Positions 46,501-56,200 of a DNA stretch of 64,000 bases are shown here, one piece after another. The DNA is taken from positions 128,001-192,000 of the forward strand of contig JBHLRZ010000003.1 of NCBI GenBank assembly GCA_048882045.1, read 5' to 3'. Under the pieces are notes generated by a model that was given only the letters and a program-made list of their open reading frames with translations, made no database searches and was not told the DNA's origin. Numbering within the stretch: the stretch's first letter is position 1; the number at the start of each line of letters is the position of its first letter. The stretch is from Candidatus Thorarchaeota archaeon (lineage in GTDB: Archaea; Asgardarchaeota; Thorarchaeia; Thorarchaeales; Thorarchaeaceae). A program made the position numbers and the translations under genes.

Positions 46501-49500
46501 TAAAGCATTCGTATCAATTTGAATTGTATAAGTCCCTGATGGTGCTTCAGTAATCCAGTAATTCAATCCAAGGGTCAGAGGTATTGTTGCGTGAGTGAAT
46601 CCAATCACTGCGCCTGAAACTGGCCAGCCTCCATCAATATCTGATAGTTCGAATGTGATGTTCAGGAGTTCTCCGTAGGACGCGCTTTCAGCAGGGAGCT
46701 GAGCATATGACATCGTTCGTTTAATGGTAGTAACTCTGACAAAAGTCGAGTCATCAAAATAGTAGGGTGCCGAACCATCATCCCAATCGACGAAGACAGT
46801 GACGTTGAAGTTAGTAACTAACACTCCACCAAACTCTGTCGAGTTGATCAATACATCGAATCCCTGCCCAACTGGAACGATGGAGTATTGCCCAGACGTA
46901 AGTAATATTCCTCCGGCCCAGATGTCAATATTGGTTGCAGTAATTGATGTTATTGCTTGTTCTCGACTCAGATCAAGATAAATGAAGGAAAATTGTACAA
47001 TGTCAAGATACTGTGTTTGGTGAGGAGAGGTTGTAATCTCTACATTGGTCTCTCTTCTAACAGTGTAAGTGTTCAACAATAATTCTGCATTATCATGATA
47101 TGGACTCTGTACAGGATTCCAGGTTGCTTGGACACGAATCTGAGTCAAACCAATTCCATCTAATGCAGTTGTATTAACATGAACAAGATAGTAACCATTA
47201 CCCTCATTCACTATCGAATATTGTGTTCCGAAGGTAAGTGGAGTCGCTCCCTTAAAGACAAGGATTGACTCCGCTGAAATCCCATAAGAACTGTCAGTAT
47301 CAAGATATTGAATCCTGAAGGTCACGTTGTCAAGGTATTGAGATGGATCTGGAGAATCATCAAGTACTAAATCAGATGCTCTCGATCTCAACTCAAAGAA
47401 GATGAAAGTATCGTCAGTACCATAAAATGGAGCCTGATTGGTATAGCTTGCTCGAATCTGAAGAGAATACCTGACTCCTACTGTAAACTCGGGGTGGTTG
47501 TATGTGTCAATTGTGAGTGTATAATATTGGAATGCAGGTTCCCATTGAACTGTGAAATACCAAACGCCAGCAGTAAGTATCTCGAGTGTAACATCTCCAG
47601 TCCCATTGCCAATAACTCCAAGAGTATCAAGATCTTGGAAGTTTATCGTATAAACAAGAGTGTTGTTGTAGGGCACCTTTCCAATGGGTTCACCAGACAG
47701 CAGTGTGACACGATATCTGACAGTGAAGGAGCGAGTAGCACTTGCATCAGGAATATAGAACTCGGCTTTAGTTAGCACAACACGAAGACTGTAGGTTCCT
47801 GGATTGGCGAAATAGGTAGTATCCAGGGTAACATTGTATTCCCCACCCGTGATTGGGGCCACAGAATAAAATCCACCAGGAATTTCGACCAAACCATTGT
47901 ACAGGGTGACTACAGCACCAGAGATTCCAGTAACTGATGTACCTGTGACATCAGTCCAATTAAGGATGAACCATAAACTGTCACCATATGAAGTGGGAGC
48001 TGGAGATTGGTAGTCGAGTACTGTCTGCCTTGCGATAGTAGTGATAAAGATGATACGTCCTGTCCTATTAGCATAGAATGGAGCACTTGCCCAAACAACA
48101 TCCAATGTAAAGGATTTCTGTCCTAGTGGTGCAGAAAACTGGCTTGTGTTGAATGAGAAGACAAATTGATGTGAAGAAAAGTTATAGTAGAACGAATACT
48201 CACTCAGACTTGAACCTAATGTGAGATAGGTTGGATTATAGTCAATTGCCACACTTCCTCCACCTGTCACATCCTCATATGAAAAAATGAGTGTTGCATT
48301 CTCATTGTATGGTGTAGGAGTGGGTGGAACAATTGAAACGAGTGTGTCTCGTGGAAGAACTCGTACTGAGATCACATCAAAACGGTTCGTGTAGAACGGT
48401 GCAACACCATCAGTCCAGTTGATGTATACATTCATGTAGATAAGTCCGGTTTGTCCGAAAATTGTCGTACTGAATGAGATGGAATAATTGCCTGGTTGTG
48501 TAGCATCGTCAATTTCGAGAATCGTTACTTGACCAAGATCAACACTGACACCCTGGAAACTGACATAGATGTGGACATTGCCTCCTCCATAGCTACTATT
48601 TGTGATACCCAAGCCACTTGTTTCTCCATAGAAGAAGATGTATTCCACAGAACCAAGATATGGCGTTGGTTCAGATGCTTGTAGTAATGTGAGTTGAGAA
48701 TCGATTCCGATGATGTTCACGGAAGTTGTTGCAGTCCGATTCTCATATTGCTGAGCTAGACCAGTCCAGTTGAAATAAATCAGAAAATTCTGGATGCCTT
48801 TGGGGAACTGAGATGCATCAATCTGGAGGGTATAGATACCTCCAGTATTGCTGACAAGAGCCGATGAAATCCAGTGAGTACCATTCCAAACATATTGCTG
48901 AATATTCGCTAAATCATTGATTCCAGATTTACTATCAAAATCATAGTACCTAAGTGAAATGTTTACAATTCCATTGAATGGCGTCGGTTCAGGAGCACTG
49001 ACTACATTGAATATTGTAACGTGGGTTCTAATATTCACTTCAACATCACACGCAACCTGGAAGTAATTGGGATCATTCGTGAAAGTGAAGGTTATGACAT
49101 AGAGCCCGAGGGGATCAGAACCAGTAGTTGTGAAGGTGACCTCATAGCGAGACCCGTCCCAAACAACATTTACTGCAGTTGAGCCTGGCCATCCAGTTAC
49201 TGTCGGAATCACACTTGGAATTGGTACTCCGTTGTCAAGATCCGTATAATCAATATACATCACATGTACATTACCAACCGGGATGTCAACTGAAATCGCA
49301 GATGGCTGGGCATCCGTATGAATTCTAGTGACTATAACAGTAATGATGACACTCTTCTCAGTATATCCATCCGCATTAGCAGTGAGTGTTATTTGATGGC
49401 TACCTACAGATAGTCCAACAACACCAATCTCAACATCGTAATTACCATTGGAAACATGGACAAAGCTAATCCAACCCGTTGATGCAGTGATTGTTGCTGT

Positions 49501-52500
49501 GGTTATCCCAACTCCTCGATCACGATCTTCATAGAATAAGGTTACAGTCACGTTGAAGTTTAGTGGAGTAGATACTGTATAGAGGTTTGAAGTGAGATCA
49601 CTATCTGCTGGTGAATAATCAAAGTTGATGACAAACTGTGTTGATTGATAGAGAGAACTGGTCGGGTCAATCTGAACAGTTATCGAATATGCACCTTCTG
49701 AGAAAAGGGAGGCGTCGATAAGAATGTTATAGATACCATTTCCCAACGGTGTGATTGTTGCGGTTGGATATCCTACAATAGATATGTCAGAGGACAGTCC
49801 ATCAATAGTATCACCATAGAAGCCTCCGGGTTCGGAAACCTCAACCGTGATGTTCACTGTGAAATCATCACCATTCGGGAAGTGTAGACTGCTTGGATTG
49901 TTATATGCGCGGATAGAAATGCTCCTTATTGTGATTGCGAAGATATAGTTTGATGGCGTTTGGTAGATGGTACTGGACATTGTGAAGATAACTGTAACAG
50001 ATGTCCCACCGACAGACCAACTGCTTGTATCTAACAAAATGTCATAACTTCCAAAGTCTGCGAAACTCGTTGTCCAATCAAGACGGATGTTCGACACAGC
50101 CCCAATTGGCACTGCTCCACCTGTATCCAAGTCAGTAAGAACAACAGTAAGAGGAGTAGAGTTCCCATAGGGTGTTGTCATATCTCCGACGACATTTATC
50201 GATGTGTAGTGAGCTCGAATTGTGATTGTGAATGTATACTGTATTGGTGGATAATAATCCGAATTAGCCATGACCAAAGTAAGATTGACTTCGTGATCTC
50301 CTACTGACCATGTATCAGTCGTCAAAGTCATAGCATACGAAAACAGAGAGCTTCTTTCCTGTGATCCTCCAGCATATGTAAAGATGAAGCGGTCGACATT
50401 GGATATGTCAGGAATCGTACCAAAATCAAGGTCTGCGAGTAAGACCGTCATTGGAGTGTTTTCTCCATATGGCACAATAAAGTCTCCAGATGCTGACACT
50501 GCGGTGTAATGAGGTCTTAGAGTGAAGGTGATGTCCACACTGTCCATCAAGATGAATGAACCTGGTTTTGACGCATTGATTGTGTATGTATGAAGTCCAA
50601 TTGACAGTGCGGTTGTTGATATTGAGATATTGTACCAACCTACTCCCTGTGCTGTAACTGTGACTGGACTTCCATCATCAAAGGTGATTGTAGCTCCTGA
50701 GATTGGAGCACCAGAGAATGAATCATAGTAGAAGAGAGTGGCAGTGAATGGAGAATCCACTGGAGTTGTTTCAATATAGGCATAGGAGAGATCTGTTGGA
50801 TGATAGAGGTCAAGTTCAAAGTAATTTGATGCATCATTGTAGAAGGGATGTTCAGAACTAATCTGTATCCTCCAACGTTTATTATCTTGCAAATCAGTTG
50901 TATTGACCGTAATTCCATATTCTCCTGCACCGAAATCATTGAATTGAAGGGTTGTAGGTGTTCCTAAAATAGTCCAGTTCATGGTCACTTCGGAGCCGGT
51001 TATTCCAGAATGTAAAATATCGTCTGTGAGCTCGACCCTTATGAATATGACATCATTAACAGTAGAGTCAGCAATTCCTCCACCAACAGCATCTAATGGA
51101 GATAAAACAGAAAGGGAGGCATCATGCTGGACTATGAATTTCCGCTCATACATTCCAGTCATGGCACCTACAGAAATGCCTGAGTCATTATAATAAGCAG
51201 AAACGGTCCATTCTCCAGCCATGGCTGTTACATCTGCAACCTTCTTGACAGAGGATTCAGGTGATTCTTGCGCAACTTCTGAACTCACAGAATAGAAGAG
51301 ATTTGTATTGTAGATATTCTGATATTCCGCAGCAATCCAGGCACCACTCCGAATTCCATTTGAAACTCGCACCTCGTCCATCCGGCCATTAAGGTACGCC
51401 CGGGCTCCAGCTATCTGGTCAATCCAAGAACCTCCAATTCCCCAAGAGCCATCATAATAGAGTTGTGCAGTAGCGAGAGCTCCATATGACCCAAATGTAT
51501 CATCAACTGCTCGGACATAGATCTTGTTGTTTTCAGGTGTTGTGGCATCCATTGTACAAGCATAATAATACCAAGTGTTCGCCTGCCATGAGGTTTGAGA
51601 AGTGTACTTGTATTTCTGGCCTGATGCATCATTTTCCACTTTGAAAACCAAACTTCCTGTTGGTGCAGACGAAGTGTAGTCTGATCCAACCAAAGCGACG
51701 TGCATATCATTATCTCCATTGAGATACTTCTCAAAGAGCAGTCTTGTGGTAGATGAGAAACTATTGTGAGATATGTCAAGTCTGAACCATCCAGAAATAG
51801 TGACGCTTCCAGTAGGTTCAAGATCTTCAGTGTTTAAAATCTCAATCCAATCGTCTGTACCATCAAAGTCTTGCCCATACCCTACAATTCCATTTGTTAT
51901 CACATTTCCACGCTGTGAACCATCGTAATCACTAGATGTTGCATCTTGATGTACACCCGTGGTCTGCTCATCAGTAGTACTGTCATCAAGGTGCCAGACT
52001 GCTGCAAAGCTGTTGGTCCACACATCTTCGGAGTTCTCTTGAGATCCAAGCATTGAATTACCATAGTACATAGTTATGACAGTGTTCACAGAGCCTGTAA
52101 GGTTGGTCTTGACCCAAGCAACGAGATGAGCCTGCGTAGGGCTATAGTTTTGATCGAAGAGTTCTATCTCATGGGAGAGAACATTTCCTCCAGATACGAA
52201 GACAATGTCATCTCCATCGCTTTGCACCTTTGTCTTCAAATCTGTGTCTATGATATCGATTAGAACAGGGAAATTCTGTAGGCTCTGTCCGAGGTGTCTT
52301 GAACGGTCAACAGTGAAGTCCTTTCTGTAAGCAAAGGATTGAAGTAAATGAGAGGTTGCACCTGCGGTTGTATTTGTTGTTGAATACCATGTCGCTCCAG
52401 TGGGATCTGTAAGGGTAAAGGTGGTTGTTGCTCCAGTTATCCATGTACTTGTTGTTCTAAACATCATTTCATCCGTAAGGTCGAATATTGCTGAGGAGGA

Positions 52501-53070
52501 GAGTGCACCACCTGAAATTCCCTGATTGAGATCGCTGATAGCATTAATACTGCTAAATTCTATTTTCCAGAGACCATGAGTGTCGACTGCAGAACTGTAG
52601 ACCGTAAGAGTACCTGCAACATATGACCAATCAGTCAGATATATCTGTCCAACACCAATTGGATTAGTCACCGAAATCGGAGTCCAATCATTGAACGGAT
52701 ATTCCACACTGAAACTCAAGCTCTCAACTTCGCTTGGTGGAGAAACAAGAACATATGCAGTCCATAGAACAGTACTGGCATTGGAAACAACGAAAGATGT
52801 CCCAGATATGAAGTCTGACGAGAGTGTCGTGGCTGTGTCAGTCCAAGATGTTGCATTTGTAAAAGTGCCAGAGAATGAAACAGCTAGCGGAGACCCAGTG
52901 CCAATATAGTTTCCACCCGCATCGGAAACCTGAATTCCACCCGTAGGTGATCCGAGCAGACCTGTGTCTATAGTATGCACTACTGTACCTGAAAGGTCTA
53001 CCAGACTGAACACGAACAACGTGACTAGAACTAGGGTAAGAATTCTACCGCTCCTCATAATCGGCACCAT
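43516..53070 (-). CDS. Giant cell-surface protein (3184 aa): DUF2341, LamG-like, many Ig-like repeats, TM and cytoplasmic tail
   Basis: Signal peptide; NFPVLIDI...GDDIVF...HEIE...AWVK...MYYGN (DUF2341); GRMDEVRVS (LamG); repeated YxDxD...GIxGA beta-sandwich units; TM GTPVGFLLILLIGLY; about 260-aa acidic tail. Confidence 0.9.
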   Translation of the reverse strand: MVPIMRSGRILTLVLVTLFVFSLVDLSGTVVHTIDTGLLGSPTGGIQVSDAGGNYIGTGSPLAVSFSGTFTNATSWTDTATTLSSDFISGTSFVVSNASTVLWTAYVLVSPPSEVESLSFSVEYPFNDWTPISVTNPIGVGQIYLTDWSYVAGTLTVYSSAVDTHGLWKIEFSSINAISDLNQGISGGALSSSAIFDLTDEMMFRTTSTWITGATTTFTLTDPTGATWYSTTNTTAGATSHLLQSFAYRKDFTVDRSRHLGQSLQNFPVLIDIIDTDLKTKVQSDGDDIVFVSGGNVLSHEIELFDQNYSPTQAHLVAWVKTNLTGSVNTVITMYYGNSMLGSQENSEDVWTNSFAAVWHLDDSTTDEQTTGVHQDATSSDYDGSQRGNVITNGIVGYGQDFDGTDDWIEILNTEDLEPTGSVTISGWFRLDISHNSFSSTTRLLFEKYLNGDNDMHVALVGSDYTSSAPTGSLVFKVENDASGQKYKYTSQTSWQANTWYYYACTMDATTPENNKIYVRAVDDTFGSYGALATAQLYYDGSWGIGGSWIDQIAGARAYLNGRMDEVRVSNGIRSGAWIAAEYQNIYNTNLFYSVSSEVAQESPESSVKKVADVTAMAGEWTVSAYYNDSGISVGAMTGMYERKFIVQHDASLSVLSPLDAVGGGIADSTVNDVIFIRVELTDDILHSGITGSEVTMNWTILGTPTTLQFNDFGAGEYGITVNTTDLQDNKRWRIQISSEHPFYNDASNYFELDLYHPTDLSYAYIETTPVDSPFTATLFYYDSFSGAPISGATITFDDGSPVTVTAQGVGWYNISISTTALSIGLHTYTINASKPGSFILMDSVDITFTLRPHYTAVSASGDFIVPYGENTPMTVLLADLDFGTIPDISNVDRFIFTYAGGSQERSSLFSYAMTLTTDTWSVGDHEVNLTLVMANSDYYPPIQYTFTITIRAHYTSINVVGDMTTPYGNSTPLTVVLTDLDTGGAVPIGAVSNIRLDWTTSFADFGSYDILLDTSSWSVGGTSVTVIFTMSSTIYQTPSNYIFAITIRSISIRAYNNPSSLHFPNGDDFTVNITVEVSEPGGFYGDTIDGLSSDISIVGYPTATITPLGNGIYNILIDASLFSEGAYSITVQIDPTSSLYQSTQFVINFDYSPADSDLTSNLYTVSTPLNFNVTVTLFYEDRDRGVGITTATITASTGWISFVHVSNGNYDVEIGVVGLSVGSHQITLTANADGYTEKSVIITVIVTRIHTDAQPSAISVDIPVGNVHVMYIDYTDLDNGVPIPSVIPTVTGWPGSTAVNVVWDGSRYEVTFTTTGSDPLGLYVITFTFTNDPNYFQVACDVEVNIRTHVTIFNVVSAPEPTPFNGIVNISLRYYDFDSKSGINDLANIQQYVWNGTHWISSALVSNTGGIYTLQIDASQFPKGIQNFLIYFNWTGLAQQYENRTATTSVNIIGIDSQLTLLQASEPTPYLGSVEYIFFYGETSGLGITNSSYGGGNVHIYVSFQGVSVDLGQVTILEIDDATQPGNYSISFSTTIFGQTGLIYMNVYINWTDGVAPFYTNRFDVISVRVLPRDTLVSIVPPTPTPYNENATLIFSYEDVTGGGSVAIDYNPTYLTLGSSLSEYSFYYNFSSHQFVFSFNTSQFSAPLGQKSFTLDVVWASAPFYANRTGRIIFITTIARQTVLDYQSPAPTSYGDSLWFILNWTDVTGTSVTGISGAVVTLYNGLVEIPGGFYSVAPITGGEYNVTLDTTYFANPGTYSLRVVLTKAEFYIPDASATRSFTVRYRVTLLSGEPIGKVPYNNTLVYTINFQDLDTLGVIGNGTGDVTLEILTAGVWYFTVQWEPAFQYYTLTIDTYNHPEFTVGVRYSLQIRASYTNQAPFYGTDDTFIFFELRSRASDLVLDDSPDPSQYLDNVTFRIQYLDTDSSYGISAESILVFKGATPLTFGTQYSIVNEGNGYYLVHVNTTALDGIGLTQIRVQATWNPVQSPYHDNAELLLNTYTVRRETNVEITTSPHQTQYLDIVQFSFIYLDLSREQAITSITATNIDIWAGGILLTSGQYSIVPVGQGFDVLINSTEFGGVLVTNFNVTVFVDWDDGSAPYYFDDSTFVRVTTIKRTMSYAQLPAESASYGELLNITFELSDIDGGWPVSGAVIGFTHATIPLTLGLNYWITEAPSGTYTIQIDTNALLNPGTFVFSLSVMWNPSIEPYYANMSTIDVTGVVQKINTQLTPQLDYYEVDWQGSQTITVNFTELLFGGPIFTPGINVTWYWDEGGVDGGLTTHIGSGEYIASIDTSITPIIADVGTYVISFRAVDNDGFYKTSYAYVTLVVRSLASEMVQDRPIDEVTLLNRGDELLVTMYLQDAFGVPIPESRVVEVTGTLETFNFALAPNGTLGYWSYLISSNGPTILDPDIYTVRLTAIFDNYEPAANSFKLRIQQTSTTLELAGETTEDMTRVYSEPVQLSVNMSAIGNSSFYYADLRWFISEANLEGAFTNNRTGIFTAILDTTAIGYGIWPITIRAVVWDNASLYADSITRLTLTIKRILTVVLPPALGTGELYWGWSGDLNFTYWDVSFGQGVPGATVTLSVPGFESVEAVNIPLTGYYLIPFDTTILQSGETNIPISVTFSKLNYQEATSIIQIKVLPVPTNIEVNIEEEYEDPSYDPGNYRIPIGESMNIMLFYNDTDDSDGFIGGLANAQLDLSDIFGPTRPPTYFSVTELGNGSYSFFFDTNDPWLLNTTSDPRLFPYEITFRFWLGNHSIAEVKILIRIIDLPTSIDLAEINIGPNTYSNPDFTTFDLLYGESGSIVLRYNDEWPGHAPGTVITNANLSLDEELSFIELVSFGTPYEDPGRPGYYIIEFTAASPFIGTDEGSSQIILKLGKADIQELFITLRIDVQPTEIARTMTTLFTFGTPVGFLLILLIGLYMRVWSVPKRLRQINAQIKVIKKGKIPKPVKDVKSRRVLITDLFNDTFSELEITRTLEEIPEDSIPVQVPEVGELLIQLSILTNLNQQELDEFKADIAKMKMSEQAAFVKEVIMQEAIRAARREGKTVEDILEEVASEADRRLAGEKEVVSKPLVDEEGEVIAEPEEEVERVFLPEEDELTPTEPAVEPEEPGVPVEDFSFTSDMLSPFEIEELEKELRDKGVPYSEIDIIVKQAKELPRELVEELIKSLDAERLRE
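43919..44016. repeat. 98-nt dispersed repeat, copy 1 (pairs with 53582-53679)
   Basis: Manual alignment gives 92/98 identical; encodes EFKADIxKMKMSEQAAFVKEVIMQEAIRAARRE. Confidence 0.9.
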
Positions 53071-53214
53071 TTTGATATTTTACTGCTCACCATCTGTGGC
53101 GTGGCATCTAACGTATCAGTACATCAGAATTGATTGTACTATATTTCAATGAATTTCGTGGATAATGACGAGTATTTTTCGAAAAAAGAAGAGAAAAGGA
53201 AGGAAGGGCTTGAC

Positions 53215-56200
53215 CTACCCCTTCCTATCCTCCAGACTTTTGACGAGCTCTTCTACAAGGTCACGAGGCAGCTCCTTGGCTTGCTCGATGATTGTGTCGA
53301 TTTCGTAGGGAGGCACTCCTCTACGTTCAAGGTCCTTTCGGAGCTCCTCAATCTCATGCAGACTCATCCTTTCAGAAGTGATATCCGTCACTTCCTCAAA
53401 GGTGTCCTCCTCAACCTCCTCCTCGACCTTAGGGGTCACAACCTTTTCCTCTTCCTCGAGGAACACTGTTTCAACTGCACCAGTATCGACGACATCAAGA
53501 GGTTCGACCGCTTCCTCTGCACCAAGACGACGACGGGCTTCGGCTTCGACCTTTTCGATGATTTCCTCGACTGTGCTGCCCTCACGTCGGGCTGCACGGA
53601 TTGCTTCCTGCATTATGACCTCTTTCACGAAGGCCGCCTGCTCACTCATCTTCATCTTGACAATGTCAGCCTTGAACTCCTCCAATTCTCCAGCACTCAG
53701 GTTGGTCAGGATTGCTAGTTGCATGAGAAGTTCACCCATCTCTGGGACCTCAATGGGTATGGATTCCTCAGGCATTTGCTGCGCAGTGCGAGTGATTTTC
53801 ATCTTCTCATATGTGTCATTGAACAGATCTGCAATGAGTGCCTGACGACTCTTGACATCGCTCACAGGCTTTGGAACTTTGCCCTTACGTAGTGTCTTGA
53901 TTTGACCGTTGATCTGACGTATTCGCTTTGGTACACTCCAGACTCGTACATAAAGGCCAAGCAGTGTGATGACTAATAGGCTGATTGGCAGACCAATTTG
54001 AGTCACTTGACCTATCAGGATATCAGTCTCATTGGGATTGGCTGTTATGGTAATCTGGAGTTCAATGGAATCAACAAATTCTGATCCCAACTGAAGCCGA
54101 ATGATGTTATCTCCTGCGGTACCTATCACTTCGAATTTGACTTCATAGACTCCGCCTCCTAGAGATCTGTTTGTTCCAAGAATAACCCTGGCAGTGTTTC
54201 CTCCAGAATATTGGAATGGAACTCCTTCAACACCCTGATTATGCCAGGTGTCATATAGGGTGAACTGAATTGTGAGCTGATCACCATTCAAGAGACTGAA
54301 CTGAGTTTCTCCAGTGTATTGAATGACAGTTGGTATCTTGATAATGCTGATTCTGACCGTTTCCTCTTGTGATATCCTATTTGGATACTCCATCCTGACA
54401 GTCAGGAAGAACTGACCAGATTCAATGATCTTCTCAAAATTGTTGAACTCATAGAAACTGAGATCGTTTGTGTCAAATACAAAGCTGTACAATCCCACAC
54501 CAAAACGTATCACAACTCCAGTCACATTTCTTGAGCCGGGGAAGTAGTCCGTTGCTACTAATGTTGCTTGGATTGTAGCGAAATCAAGACCACCAAACAA
54601 GCCACCAACATCACTTGTGTCATTGAAGAAGAATGAGATAGTAATGGAATCACCCATAGGTACTTGGAGATTTGTCACATCACCACTGTTCTGGTGTGTT
54701 CTTTCATCGTCAACAGAAACAAGAAGCTCCGTGGATCGGAATTTGATAAACATGTTTGCTCCGCTAGTTCGCTCCTGGTAGTTTTGCTTCTGCAGGTCTA
54801 GGATTATCCTGTGTTGAGCATTTGAAGTCAAGTACGTTGTGTTGATAAAGACCATATAGGTTCCATTTCCAAGGTCATATGCAATGAGTCCAGTAAATGG
54901 CCCATAGTCATAAGTAACTGACGCATTATCTATACCACGACCGAATGAAGTGTCGTAATACGTGAAACTTATGTTATCAGCCCATCCCCAGTCAACTTCA
55001 ATCGTAAGTGTAGGAGCCCAGACCTCAGTTTCAATCTTCTTGATTGTCAACGTGACCGTTGCTGTCGATGATGCAAGTATCGGATCATCTGGAAATGCTC
55101 GGAAGGTCAAGCCCCAAGTCCCGTACAATCCGAGAGATGTGTTGAACTCGGCAACCCATAGTTTAAGTGTGTCATTGTAGGTGAAAGTCAAATTCAGTCC
55201 ATCGAAGGATTGTTCATACATGAAGACTTGACCAAATATCACAGTTGTTTTGTTTGCTTTTTCTGTCAAATTAAGTCCAAGGTAAATAACTTCAGAATAT
55301 ACAGCATCAATCTCTGTAATTATGAACCCAGTTAACGGATCTCTGACCTCGAGAAGTGTTTCTGTTTGACCGATATTGATTCTAAACAGATCTCCAGCAA
55401 CTTGGTAATCAAAGAATCCAGCTGTGATTTGTACGTCATAGGATCCAGGGTCAAGAATAGTTGCAACTCCTGGAATTGAACCGACCCATAATGATGAAAA
55501 GCTATCCCAGGTCAGAGGATACTGTATTCCTCGGAAAGTGGCATAGATTGTTTGTACTTGAAGATTATCTATTGGGGTCAGATGAGTTGTATCATTGAGG
55601 CTTACACCAATCGTGAAGGAATTTCCTCTGCTGACATCTAAGATACCTGTTGGAGGGTCTATAATAACAATATCACTTGGTAATGCGAGAACATTCAGTG
55701 TAACTTGAGTCGTTGCAAGTGTATACTTATCCAGAGATGCTGATATTTGCACTATTCGAGTTCCTGAGAATCCCAGTGAACTTGTATCGATAATAGCACG
55801 ATATTGACCTGGGACACCCGGTTCATCTAAGTAATCCCCAAACACGCCTCCTATTGACCAACTGACAGTGGCTCCGCTAATTAGGATATCATCGAGTAGG
55901 TTCTTGTAGTCAACGTAGATATATGCAGTGTCAGTCCAGTTGTATAATTGCGATGTTGACAGAGGGATTAGATCAGTACGAATCTCAATAACTGAGAATT
56001 GAGGTGTGACCGTTGACGAGGAATATACTGATGCTGCGACAGTGATGTCAAGAGTGTATGCTCCAAGAGATAGCAAGTCAGAAGTGTTGAATGACACATT
56101 GTAAACTCCAGGTGTTGGAGTTTCAAAGACAACTAGACCTGCAGGAGGTAAGCCACTGACTAGATATTTCACTCGAGCTTCAATAACTGCGGCATATCCA

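Noticed and set aside
53134-53845. Plus-strand ORFs of 194 and 155 aa (and the equivalent 43628-44059)
   Set aside because: Antisense shadows of the Glu-rich tails of the giant genes.
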